Shown: piece by piece, positions 26,464-35,916 of the stretch
Layout of the letters: each line of letters opens with the position of its first letter
Numbering within the stretch: position 1 is the stretch's first letter
From: a virus
Lineage: Duplodnaviria; Caudoviricetes
Virus record (IMG/VR): IMGVR_UViG_3300025009_000123
Span: 1-57,929 of that record
Length of the DNA: 57,929 bases
Direction: 5' to 3' (one strand)
Program-made: the position numbers and the translations under genes
Notes under the pieces: model-generated
What the model was told of the DNA's origin: nothing
Seen by the model: only the letters and a program-made list of their open reading frames with translations
Databases searched by the model: none

Positions 26464-26509
26464 CACAAGACCAATTCCTAACCGATTTAAAGTGTAAGGA
26501 GAATGATTC

Positions 26510-27919
26510 ATGTCAATAATGGTTTCGGACCTTATAGAAGAAATACAAGACCAGATTCCGGCCGAGAGGTTGCCGGGATTATTTCCGGCGCTTAATCGAG
26601 CAATTAAAACGATTGCCAAAAAGCTGTATATTCTTGAATCGGATCTCCTGCTCGGCGAGCTGTCAGTCCCGATATTCGCGTCTATAGATTACGCGGCTGC
26701 AACAATAGGCCTTTTGAGTGGCGGGAATGAGACCAGCGACACCATCACCGATTCAGCCGATGGATTCGTTACTGCAGGATTTCAAGTGGGGATGCCAATA
26801 GGAATGAACAGCGCCTTGTCTGGAAATTTGGGGCCGCACAGAATTTCGTCATTGGTGGCTGGAACAATAACCCTCGATGCAAGAGAGTCAAGGTTGACCA
26901 CGGAAGCGGAAGGGGTTTATCACGCAGTCTATCCGCCAGCGTACAGCTCAACTTACGTTAAGGCAACGACTTACTTGGCTGGCGACACAGTCCCTCCGGG
27001 AATCGATTTTACGAGCGCCCCGTGGAATGCCACTAATCCGTCTACTTCTTTAACCGGAGCCGCCGGCAATGCGGCGTGGAAGTCGGCTTTTTTCCAAGTT
27101 ACAAATCAATGTTTCCATATAAAACTTTCGGAAGCGGCGGTTATTGCCCGAATTTATTATGAAAATTATCATAGTTCAGGGGCTAATACAAATTACGGTG
27201 TCAAGAATTTTTCCTTCTGGGGATCAAATACCGAGGCTGATTTTCTTGATACAGCCTATGCGAATGATGGAACATGGGTTGAATTAACTGCCGACTTATC
27301 AGCATCCCAGTTCGACGAACACGCCGCAGCCGATGCCGCTGATCCGAAATATATTACGTCTTCAAACGTAACAAACTATCTTTACTATCGCTTTAAAATT
27401 GCCGACAATTGGGGATATGCGGCGAACATGGCGATAAGAAGGCTTGTATTACTGGAAGCGGCCACCATAACCTCTATTGCTGATTTCGGATATATGCCTG
27501 ACGATTTTTGGGGGTTCGTAGGCGAAGAGCCATATATCTATGGCTATAAATGGCCCCTAAAGCCTCTTCCCGACCAGGCGACGGCGCTTTTATACACATC
27601 ACCAGGAACACCGAATTACTATAAACTCAAAAACAACCGGCTTTATGTGTACCCTGGAACCAGCACAGACATAATAATCAAGGGCGATTACTGGAAAAAA
27701 CCCCCTGCTCTTTCGACCATGAACGATTATGTTCCATGGAATGAGCAGTTTGACGATGTGATATCCGAATATCTGTCAAAGGTCCTTATCGCAGGAGTCG
27801 CTTCCAGCGATGCAGCTCTTCATGAATTTCTAAATGAGTCCGTGTCCCTGATAACATCAAAACGAAGCGGGAAAGCTCCTGTAAAAATGCCCGGCGGCAT
27901 CAATTACGATTTATATTAA
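26510..27919 (+). CDS. Head-tail adaptor-like protein with an inserted discoidin/F5-8-like domain
   Basis: LNRA..., MPDDF, GTP.YY...LYVYP adaptor motifs; insert with GVKNFSFWGSN and YYRFKIADNWG. Confidence 0.6.
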   Translation: MSIMVSDLIEEIQDQIPAERLPGLFPALNRAIKTIAKKLYILESDLLLGELSVPIFASIDYAAATIGLLSGGNETSDTITDSADGFVTAGFQVGMPIGMNSALSGNLGPHRISSLVAGTITLDARESRLTTEAEGVYHAVYPPAYSSTYVKATTYLAGDTVPPGIDFTSAPWNATNPSTSLTGAAGNAAWKSAFFQVTNQCFHIKLSEAAVIARIYYENYHSSGANTNYGVKNFSFWGSNTEADFLDTAYANDGTWVELTADLSASQFDEHAAADAADPKYITSSNVTNYLYYRFKIADNWGYAANMAIRRLVLLEAATITSIADFGYMPDDFWGFVGEEPYIYGYKWPLKPLPDQATALLYTSPGTPNYYKLKNNRLYVYPGTSTDIIIKGDYWKKPPALSTMNDYVPWNEQFDDVISEYLSKVLIAGVASSDAALHEFLNESVSLITSKRSGKAPVKMPGGINYDLY

Positions 27920-27932
27920 GGGGGGTTACTTA

Positions 27933-28826
27933 ATGGCAGCTCCAACAGCTCCAACCAAAACGACGATAGCGACCGAGGCTTTAACTCGGTTTCTCAATGG
28001 CGCATCCCCTGAAACTGACGAGATCACCAGGGCAGAGGATTATGGCCTTGAAAAGGTTAAACGCGACATTATGAATGTCGGACGCACCTGGCGCCCTCTT
28101 TTAAAAACCGTGTACGACATTACGGTTATCGGTGTCTCTCATTATGCGAACCCGGCTGATTTTGATTCTAATTATTCCGTAGGATACATGAACGGAGATC
28201 ATTCGGGGGTATTGGCAACCGTGACGAGCACCAGCGTTGTTGATCTTGCTGCTGCGGAGGACGTTACAAAGGCACAGGCAGAGGGGAAAAAACTACTTAT
28301 TACATCCGGAACGGGCGTCGATCAGTCCCAGGTTATCGACGATTATAATATTACAACGAAACGGGCAACCATGGCAGCGGCTTATGATACTTTGCCGGTG
28401 ACGGGAGACGGATACATCGTCGTGAACAGCATCCTTCCTTTGAGAGATATGATGTCAATCGCTCTTTATGATCGATATCAGCATCCTGGAATTGCCGGAA
28501 CCCCGAAGCGATTCATCCATATACCGAATACAACGGTCGGAGAACTGGCCCTATATCCGGTCCCCGACGCGGTTGGAGGATTACAGCGAAGGTATTACGC
28601 CGATTTAATGCTGATTGATATCACGTCCGCTTTTTATTCAACCATATTAAGAAGGTGGGCCGGAGTGTTCGAACAGGGGATATATGTTTGGAAGCTCGGA
28701 GAAGACGACGACCGATATCAAGAGCAGAACGGGGTATATCAATCAATGCTGATCGCTATGATGGCTAACGATCTGGACGGAGTTGATAAAGAGGGGCTTA
28801 AAAGCGCTGTATCCGGAGGCAAATAA
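27933..28826 (+). CDS. Second adaptor / tail tubular-A-like protein
   Basis: Y..PADF, GTP.RF, LYPVPD motifs. Confidence 0.6.
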   Translation: MAAPTAPTKTTIATEALTRFLNGASPETDEITRAEDYGLEKVKRDIMNVGRTWRPLLKTVYDITVIGVSHYANPADFDSNYSVGYMNGDHSGVLATVTSTSVVDLAAAEDVTKAQAEGKKLLITSGTGVDQSQVIDDYNITTKRATMAAAYDTLPVTGDGYIVVNSILPLRDMMSIALYDRYQHPGIAGTPKRFIHIPNTTVGELALYPVPDAVGGLQRRYYADLMLIDITSAFYSTILRRWAGVFEQGIYVWKLGEDDDRYQEQNGVYQSMLIAMMANDLDGVDKEGLKSAVSGGK

Positions 28827-30389
28827 ATGGCATACAAGGGATCGCATCGGATAGTAAGTTGTGCCGGCGGCGGATTGGTGGGCTGGAATAGCATGACTCA
28901 AAATCTTCCGCCAAACGCCATGGTGCATCCGACGGCCAACATTATTTTTGAAAAAGGCGGCAGAAGGAAACGCGGCGGCACAGCTCACGTTTATAGTTCG
29001 GCCTTTGCCGGAACCCCAAAGATCCTTGGAATATGCGATTGCACTTTCAGCAATCTTACTCAATATATCGTCGTCGCGACAGATGATGGCGATATCTATA
29101 AAAATGATGCCGATAAAATATCTACGGGCCTTGGGACTGCATTCCCCTATTCTTTCGCTTTTGGAGAAGACAAGCTGTTCATTGCGGACGGAGTTAACGA
29201 GCCCCATGTGTGGACCGGGGCAGGCAACACCGCGGAGATTTCAGAACCGGCTGCAGATTGGGCCGCAAGTCCGCCATTTCAAATTATGCTTCATGCTCGA
29301 GGCGCATCAAACAGGATGGCCGCGATTAATAATACAACCCTCTATCTGTCAAAAAGCTATAACGCCGCCGGTGATATGGAGCTTTTTGTCACAAGCGCTG
29401 AATCCTTTTATATGGAAACAGGGGATGGTTACGGCCTGGTCGGGATGGACGAGCTCGGATCTGAACTTATAGTTTTTGGTAAAAAGAAAGCGTACCGGCT
29501 GGACGATTCAGATTTAAGTACGGCAAATTGGGGGTTCTCCCCGGCTCAATGGAGTGGCGGCGTCGCCCATTGGAGATTGAAGATAAAGATACCAACCGGG
29601 GATATAATCTGCATGGTTGACGACGGAGACATATACAGCGTTCAAGCCGCCGCCGAATATGGCGATTATAAAGCAGCATCTCTCATACAAAACAACATGA
29701 TACATCAGTACATAAAAGATAACATAAACCTGGCATATATAAATAATTTCCATTCGGTTTATTACCCTAACATCCGGGCTTGCGTCTTTTTTATGACAAG
29801 TTTTAACAAAACGACAAACGATACGGCCATTCTTTATTATATTGATCGCCCCGTAGATGAAGCCTGGATCGTACACAACAACCTTGTGAATCCTTCCGGA
29901 TATGAGGCTTTTTCAAGCGCGGCGGTCCGCAATAATACAAACGGATCGTTTAGCATATATACGGGAGATTATTCAGGGGAAATATGGAAACTGGACCAGG
30001 CCAACAGGAGCGACAACGGCCTGGCATATTATGGTGGTTTTACGGCGGCGTATGATGCCTTTGATGATCCGCGAAGCGATAAACACATTAACAATGCCCG
30101 CATAACGATAGAGCCGAAGGGGGCGCATGACCTATCGATATATTCAGAAATTGACGGTAAGAATAAGGTTTATGACTCTTTTTCTATATTGCAAAGCGGA
30201 ACGAAGCCTCTTGACGAGTTTGTTCTCGATACGGATGTTCTTGGGGGTGAAAAAATACAAGAAGGAAAAATCAAAATCGGGAAAGTTGGGAAGCGAATAC
30301 AATACGAAATGTTTAACTCCGGCGCAGATCAGGATTTCTTTATAAGCGAATATACAACCGATTTTAAGTTGATGGGAGCAAAACAGTAA
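28827..30389 (+). CDS. Tail nozzle / tubular-B (stabilisation) beta-propeller protein
   Basis: GWN...N..F..GG.RKRGG N-terminus; size and position typical of podoviral nozzles. Confidence 0.7.
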   Translation: MAYKGSHRIVSCAGGGLVGWNSMTQNLPPNAMVHPTANIIFEKGGRRKRGGTAHVYSSAFAGTPKILGICDCTFSNLTQYIVVATDDGDIYKNDADKISTGLGTAFPYSFAFGEDKLFIADGVNEPHVWTGAGNTAEISEPAADWAASPPFQIMLHARGASNRMAAINNTTLYLSKSYNAAGDMELFVTSAESFYMETGDGYGLVGMDELGSELIVFGKKKAYRLDDSDLSTANWGFSPAQWSGGVAHWRLKIKIPTGDIICMVDDGDIYSVQAAAEYGDYKAASLIQNNMIHQYIKDNINLAYINNFHSVYYPNIRACVFFMTSFNKTTNDTAILYYIDRPVDEAWIVHNNLVNPSGYEAFSSAAVRNNTNGSFSIYTGDYSGEIWKLDQANRSDNGLAYYGGFTAAYDAFDDPRSDKHINNARITIEPKGAHDLSIYSEIDGKNKVYDSFSILQSGTKPLDEFVLDTDVLGGEKIQEGKIKIGKVGKRIQYEMFNSGADQDFFISEYTTDFKLMGAKQ

Positions 30390-30402
30390 GGAGAAAACTA
30401 AT

Positions 30403-31371
30403 ATGGGAGCAACCTTTAGTAGAATAAAAACGTGGGTGGCCGAAGTTCTGACGTTTGCCGATTTAAACGCAGAGTTTAATAATATCCTCACGAATTTGAC
30501 GCCTGCAGGAGTTGACGACGCCTCGACCAATGCTGCAGCTATGCAAACAACCGCAGATCCATACCCAGGAGGTGTTGCGTCCCTTCCGACAAGCCTTGAA
30601 GGTGAATTGCAGAGAATACGATATTTACTCGCGCAAATAACCGGAGAAGCGAATTGGTATGTCGATCCGGACATTACCCTGGCCGCTATAGCTGTAGTAT
30701 TCGCAGCAGGATACTTAACCCCAACAACCGGGATAGAGAAAGCCCAGTTTGATGCAAATACGATCTTGGCGGCCAACGCAGACGACACCCCAGCAGCGGT
30801 AACGGTTGCTGAGCAAAGGATAGTTGGCAGAATAACGGGGGGGGATATAGCAGCCCTCACAGCGGCAGAGGTACGAACCTTGCTCGGAACGACCCCGTTT
30901 GTTCTTGGATCTGACGACGCTGACGGAGATATGTTTTATAGGGCATCAGGCCTGCTTGCAAGGCTCGCAAAGGGGGCGGCAAATACAAGTATGTTTATGG
31001 ACGCAGCCGGAGGTATTCCAGAATGGGCCGTCGGTTTAAAAATAGGTTCCTTCACGAGAGACACAGCGGCTGCTTCCGGTGATGTTGCTTATACGGGAGT
31101 GGGGTTTAAGCCGAGTGTCGTTATTTTTATTGCAGGCCACTCAACAACCTCAGCTTCTATTGGGATAAGTGATGGGACCACTCATGGCTCTATATATGCA
31201 CGAACCGCAAATGGTATGGAAACCTATGCATTTTCTCTTTCCGATGCAGCCGGCAGTAATTGGCAACTTGCAATAATAAAATCAATGGATGCAGACGGCT
31301 TTACCTTAACATGGACAAAAGGAGGCAGTCCGTCAGGGACAGATACAATTAATTATTTAGCAATAAGATAA
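30403..31371 (+). CDS. Tail fibre
   Basis: W..EVLT.ADLNAEFNNI anchor motif; TGVGFKP...DGFTLTW C-terminal domain. Confidence 0.7.
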   Translation: MGATFSRIKTWVAEVLTFADLNAEFNNILTNLTPAGVDDASTNAAAMQTTADPYPGGVASLPTSLEGELQRIRYLLAQITGEANWYVDPDITLAAIAVVFAAGYLTPTTGIEKAQFDANTILAANADDTPAAVTVAEQRIVGRITGGDIAALTAAEVRTLLGTTPFVLGSDDADGDMFYRASGLLARLAKGAANTSMFMDAAGGIPEWAVGLKIGSFTRDTAAASGDVAYTGVGFKPSVVIFIAGHSTTSASIGISDGTTHGSIYARTANGMETYAFSLSDAAGSNWQLAIIKSMDADGFTLTWTKGGSPSGTDTINYLAIR

Positions 31372-31383
31372 GGAGTTATTATT

Positions 31384-31689
31384 ATGAGAGTTTGCATCGA
31401 TAAAAAAACCGGGAAACTGATCGAGGCGCAAAGCGGAGGCGACAAGCAGGAGCACCTCAACACGCTTATTAATAACGCAATTTTGCAGGGTTATAAAGCG
31501 GGTGATGTTGAAGCTAAATTCGTAGAAGATTCAGAGTTTAAAACTTTATTAGACGAAGCGACCCAGGAAAAAATTGAGGCGGATCCAATTGAAATCCTTA
31601 TTCAAACAAAACTTCGTGAGATTGCTATTAGCGCCCTGAAAACAGAGGGGAAACTAACAGGGGCGGGGGAAATAAAAACAAAGGGGTAA
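31384..31689 (+). CDS. Tail-fibre-associated protein
   Basis: Follows the fibre gene; strong RBS. Confidence 0.5.
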   Translation: MRVCIDKKTGKLIEAQSGGDKQEHLNTLINNAILQGYKAGDVEAKFVEDSEFKTLLDEATQEKIEADPIEILIQTKLREIAISALKTEGKLTGAGEIKTKG

Positions 31690-31703
31690 GGGGGTGCGCG
31701 GAT

Positions 31704-32255
31704 ATGGAAAAGAACGCTTTTATAAAAATAATCAAACAATATGGTTTTCCGCAAATGGTCCTTACGAGACACATGCGGAGTTTTATAGGGGCCGAGATTT
31801 CCAGCGTCACCAAGGGAACGTATAACCATTTTTGCTGGCTGATAAACGAAAACACCATAGCGAGCCAGGATCTTATTTTTAAAATCGTTTCTCTCGATAC
31901 CTATCTTCAAGGATTGCATATAGTCAAATTTGTTACAGATACCAGGTGGACGCTCGAAGCGAAAGCGAGGATTCTGGAAAAAATAAATACCGAACTGAAA
32001 TATCATTGGTGGAAGCGAAGATATGATCCGCTTGCCATCCTGGGCCAATGGTTAGGCTGGAAATGGCTTCAAGACCCAAAAGCCGATATATGCTCTGATA
32101 AAATAAAGTTCATTAAAGACGAAGACCCGGATTATAACCTGGTATTCCCGAATCCAACAGACGTAAACGAATACCAGAAAATACATCAAGCTACGCCCGA
32201 AAACAATATGCAGGGATACCTGGTTACGGGCCGATGGTTGCCGGAGGATTTATAA
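31704..32255 (+). CDS. Permuted papain-like (YiiX/YebB, NlpC/P60) peptidase or amidase
   Basis: I..VT.G.YNH (His first), RYD, then ICS (Cys last). Confidence 0.65.
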   Translation: MEKNAFIKIIKQYGFPQMVLTRHMRSFIGAEISSVTKGTYNHFCWLINENTIASQDLIFKIVSLDTYLQGLHIVKFVTDTRWTLEAKARILEKINTELKYHWWKRRYDPLAILGQWLGWKWLQDPKADICSDKIKFIKDEDPDYNLVFPNPTDVNEYQKIHQATPENNMQGYLVTGRWLPEDL

Positions 32256-32258
32256 TTA

Positions 32259-32648
32259 ATGCGAGCAGAGCTATACAGAAAACACCTTTATTATAAACTC
32301 TTTCGGGCTCTGCAAGACGAAGGATACGAGGAAAGCCAAATGAGTTTCGAAGAGGATATCTGTTACGTTCTGCCAATAGGCTTTTTCTCTTTCAGGTTTG
32401 AGAATGGCCATCCTTTTCTTGTTCATTTTCTTATATTTAAGGAACACCGGAGCCTTAACAATGCGATTGCGCTTTATCGTGTCTTTAGAAATATAATAGT
32501 TTCCCTGGGCCTGGTGTCTTTTATTGCCCTTGCCAGCCGCGAGAAGTTCTTTGAGACATTTTTTAAGTGGGTTGCGCGAGACAAAAGCCTTGAGCCATAC
32601 ATGACGCATAATAATATAAAATGTTATTACATCACCTGCAGGAGGTAG
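32259..32648 (+). CDS. GNAT-like acyltransferase
   Basis: PIGFFSF..LVHFLIFKEHRS..AIALY resembles GNAT motif A; in the position of T7 gp13-like genes. Confidence 0.5.
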   Translation: MRAELYRKHLYYKLFRALQDEGYEESQMSFEEDICYVLPIGFFSFRFENGHPFLVHFLIFKEHRSLNNAIALYRVFRNIIVSLGLVSFIALASREKFFETFFKWVARDKSLEPYMTHNNIKCYYITCRR

Positions 32649-32650
32649 GC

Positions 32651-33697
32651 ATGAAAATTTATAAAAGGGTTGTTTTGAGTATCGAGACGGGGGAGATTAT
32701 CGATGAAGATAGCTTTGAATATTCCGGACAAATAGCTCTTTGCGGAGGCGACACCAAAACCATTGGCTCTACCATATTTGATCCGCTTAATTTGAGCGGT
32801 GTCCGAACGCCGGATACTCCGGATGCCCCAGGGAAGACTTCGGCAGAACAAAAGCTTGACCAACAGCAAATCAACCTCTTGCAAATACAAATTGAGAACA
32901 GCCAAAAACAGCAGAAACTTCAAGAGGAATTCGAGCCTTTTCAGCTTGAAGCAATGGGCTACAAGCGAGACATAAACGGCAAAATCCAGAAGATAGTAAA
33001 AGCGCCCGAACCGCCTACCCCGCAAGATATTTTATTGAACAAGCAGCTTGCCATGGCAGGGTTTTCTCCCACAGGGGAAAAATTAACCGAACAGCAAATG
33101 ATTGACCAAATGAGCGAAAGCGAAAAGGCGGACTATGAATTGACAAATATTTCCCGCCAGCGCCAGAAAGACGCCATTGAGGGCAAGATCCCGATCAGTC
33201 CCGCACTCGAAGAGGAGCTTGCAAGCGAAGAGAAACAGGCAACCGAAATGCTATCCCGCAAACTTGGGCCGAATTGGATGCTGACAACTCCGGGCCAGAA
33301 AGCCATGGTGAGCCTCAAACAAAAAGCCGAACTGCTGAGAGAGGAAGCCAGAAGGGGGCAGATAACTTCCGGCGAGGGGATTCTCGCGTCAAGGACGAAC
33401 CAGGAAAACTTGAAAAGCAATATGCTTTCAGGAATTTCTGGAACCATCGGGCTTGCTGCTGATATAAAAAACAACACCTTGAACCAGAAGACATCTGAGC
33501 TTTCCAGGATGCAAGGCTATGTGAGCTCGCTGGGGGGCGGAAATGCGTTTGACAATTCCCTCAGTCTGTCAAGCAAGTATGCGTCTGAACGGGCCAACAC
33601 TCAAAATCTTGCCATGCAAAAATGGACAACTCAACAGAACCAACAGAGTTCAAATACTTCGGCTGGTATGGCGGCAGCGGCAGCGGCAGCGGCTTAA
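32651..33697 (+). CDS. DNA ejection (pilot) protein with an N-terminal leader ending ALCGG
   Basis: MKIYKRVVLSIETGEIIDEDSFEYSGQIALCGG; Gln-rich helical body; ends in 8 Ala. Confidence 0.65.
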   Translation: MKIYKRVVLSIETGEIIDEDSFEYSGQIALCGGDTKTIGSTIFDPLNLSGVRTPDTPDAPGKTSAEQKLDQQQINLLQIQIENSQKQQKLQEEFEPFQLEAMGYKRDINGKIQKIVKAPEPPTPQDILLNKQLAMAGFSPTGEKLTEQQMIDQMSESEKADYELTNISRQRQKDAIEGKIPISPALEEELASEEKQATEMLSRKLGPNWMLTTPGQKAMVSLKQKAELLREEARRGQITSGEGILASRTNQENLKSNMLSGISGTIGLAADIKNNTLNQKTSELSRMQGYVSSLGGGNAFDNSLSLSSKYASERANTQNLAMQKWTTQQNQQSSNTSAGMAAAAAAAA

Positions 33698-33722
33698 TAC
33701 TATAAAGGAAAGGTTTAAATAT

Positions 33723-34589
33723 ATGAAGGACAAGATCGAATCAGCGAAAGAAATTATCAGCATGACGGACAAGAACTATAAAAACCCAATAATCTATACG
33801 GGTTTCGGAAAGGACTCCATCACCGTTTTACACCTATGTCGGGCCATGGGCTATAAGTGGGATGTGATGTTTCATCGAGATCCGCATTTTCCCAGGAAAT
33901 ACAGATACGCCAACAAAATTATTGATATGTGGAACGTGGTATGTCGGGATTATCCGGCGAGGTCCACAAGCATCTTTTACCGGAATGACACCTTTGAAGT
34001 TGTCAGGGAATATGGCATAGGATACGGCGCATTGATCTTATGCGCCCTTCTTTATAAGCCGGATGAATATATCGAGGGTGAATATCTTTGCGGTCTCAAT
34101 GATGTGTATCTGCAGCCCAAGGGGTCTGGCGATTATATTTGGGATGTAGCCCTTGAAGGATTCAGGACGGTTGAATCAAAACCCCATTCCGGAGGCCGGC
34201 CTTGTGGTTTAAGATGGGTTAATAAACAGAATATCGGGAGTGCCGACGTAGTATTTCCGCTTCACAACTGGACCGGCCAGGATGTTTATCAGTACATCAT
34301 AGACAATGGAATCCCGATCAATACGGACGTCTATGATGTAAAAGACGGGGAGCTTGTTCCTAAGATTGATCCAAAAACGGGGAAGATAGACAGCACCTAT
34401 AACCCGGATCGTCGGCCAGCCTGTACCGAGTGTATGCGCCCCGAAAACCCCCAAAGTGTTTTATGCCCTAAAAAAATGATGACAGTTAATAATGTGTGGG
34501 AATATCTCGTAAAAACAATAAGGCCGAATGATTTTCCGGGGTCTCAATGTGACGCGGAAAAGGATTGGTCGGAAAAAGGAGGAAAATAG
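33723..34589 (+). CDS. PAPS-reductase-family (PP-loop) protein
   Basis: TGFGKDS PP-loop, G.R..E, FPL.NWT..DV..YI, C-terminal CTEC..CP. Confidence 0.75.
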   Translation: MKDKIESAKEIISMTDKNYKNPIIYTGFGKDSITVLHLCRAMGYKWDVMFHRDPHFPRKYRYANKIIDMWNVVCRDYPARSTSIFYRNDTFEVVREYGIGYGALILCALLYKPDEYIEGEYLCGLNDVYLQPKGSGDYIWDVALEGFRTVESKPHSGGRPCGLRWVNKQNIGSADVVFPLHNWTGQDVYQYIIDNGIPINTDVYDVKDGELVPKIDPKTGKIDSTYNPDRRPACTECMRPENPQSVLCPKKMMTVNNVWEYLVKTIRPNDFPGSQCDAEKDWSEKGGK

Positions 34590-34590
34590 T

Positions 34591-35898
34591 ATGCCATTTC
34601 AAGCGCCGCATTATATTTATCCGACACCAGACACGCCTGATATGACGGGCGCAATAAAATCCGGGCTCGCCATGGGGAGGACAATAAAAGCCGATCGCGT
34701 TCAGCAGGAAGAAAGAAAAAAGAAGGACGCTCTCGAAAAGGAGATAGGCGATATTTACAAAGAGGCCGAATCAAAACTCGCTGAATATGACAAAGAAAGT
34801 CCGCCTGCAGGACAGCGCGATCCGAAACAAGGAGAGCCTGTAGCCGTCCAGGGCGCATCTCCCGAAGCTGTAAAAATGGCCGGTGTAACGCCTGAGCAAC
34901 CAGCCTCAAACCTTCAAGCTGCAGCAGGGGTTACCGAGAAAGCAGCGGCACTTCCTCCTGCCAATAATAACAATAAGCGCCTTGAAATCAACGCGGATAT
35001 GCACAATAAGATTATAGGTGCGTATATCAAGCACGGTGACTATAAAAGCGCCGAAGAATTGAAATTGAAGTATATGTCCAATGTTGAGAAATTAGCCTCC
35101 CTCGACCCCGAAGCCGCTGAAAAAGTCTGGAATAACTCATATCTGAAAAAGGAATTCGGCGGCATTGACTTGAAGAGCCTTAAGAGCGAATGGAAGGTGA
35201 CGATATCAAAAGACGGGAACACAGCCCTGAAAGTCAATTCCAGGACCGGCCAGGTTTTGCCCGTCCCACTACTCAAAGACACAGACCAGGTTAAACAAAT
35301 GAAAGAGGGCGATAGCCTTGTCATGATTAACCCCAAGGACGGCAAAGTATCAGAGATATATAAAAATTCTAAACCGGCCGGCGACCTGGACGCAGAAAAG
35401 ACCTTTATTAAGGCAGAGACAGCAAAAGGAACAGCCCCAGAAGTTGCGGCTAAAAATTGGCGGGGTATTGTTGATGCTGGAAAGGCTAAGGGAAAGACCG
35501 GCGGAGCTGAAAAGAAAACGGCTCTTCAAAAGAATTTTGAGTTTCTTGTAGCCAGGGGAATGACAGACGCGGAAGCTATGTCGATTCTTGAACCTGGGAA
35601 GCTGTCAAAAACTAAATTTGTGGGCGGGGTATATGGAGCTATAGTTAGAAGCGGGGGGACCGCTGCAGAGGCTCAAAAGGCCGCTGACGAAGCCGGAGCA
35701 TATTACGAAACGATGCCCGAAAAATCTTCCGCGCCGTCGAGTGGTGTTGTCACAAAAACAGCAAAAGGAAAGGAACCGTCCGGAAAAGTGGACATTGCTG
35801 CAGAAAGAGCGAAGGCTGACGCCGCAATAAAGATAAGACCGGATCAAGCCGGTAATATCAAAAAGAAATATCAGCAAATAACAGGCCAACCTTATTAA
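34591..35898 (+). CDS. Internal virion / ejection protein
   Basis: Lys/Ala/Glu-rich; lies between the pilot and giant genes; GGAGG RBS. Confidence 0.6.
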   Translation: MPFQAPHYIYPTPDTPDMTGAIKSGLAMGRTIKADRVQQEERKKKDALEKEIGDIYKEAESKLAEYDKESPPAGQRDPKQGEPVAVQGASPEAVKMAGVTPEQPASNLQAAAGVTEKAAALPPANNNNKRLEINADMHNKIIGAYIKHGDYKSAEELKLKYMSNVEKLASLDPEAAEKVWNNSYLKKEFGGIDLKSLKSEWKVTISKDGNTALKVNSRTGQVLPVPLLKDTDQVKQMKEGDSLVMINPKDGKVSEIYKNSKPAGDLDAEKTFIKAETAKGTAPEVAAKNWRGIVDAGKAKGKTGGAEKKTALQKNFEFLVARGMTDAEAMSILEPGKLSKTKFVGGVYGAIVRSGGTAAEAQKAADEAGAYYETMPEKSSAPSSGVVTKTAKGKEPSGKVDIAAERAKADAAIKIRPDQAGNIKKKYQQITGQPY

Positions 35899-35916
35899 TG
35901 TTTCAATGGAGTTGAC

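Noticed and set aside
20886-31371. Diversity-generating retroelement acting on fibre genes
   Set aside because: No reverse transcriptase ORF, and I found no TR/VR pair differing at adenines.
33723-34589. Auxiliary metabolic cysH or Dnd phosphorothioation system
   Set aside because: No cys, dnd or ssp partner genes; it sits among virion ejection genes. A metabolic role is unsupported, though not excluded.
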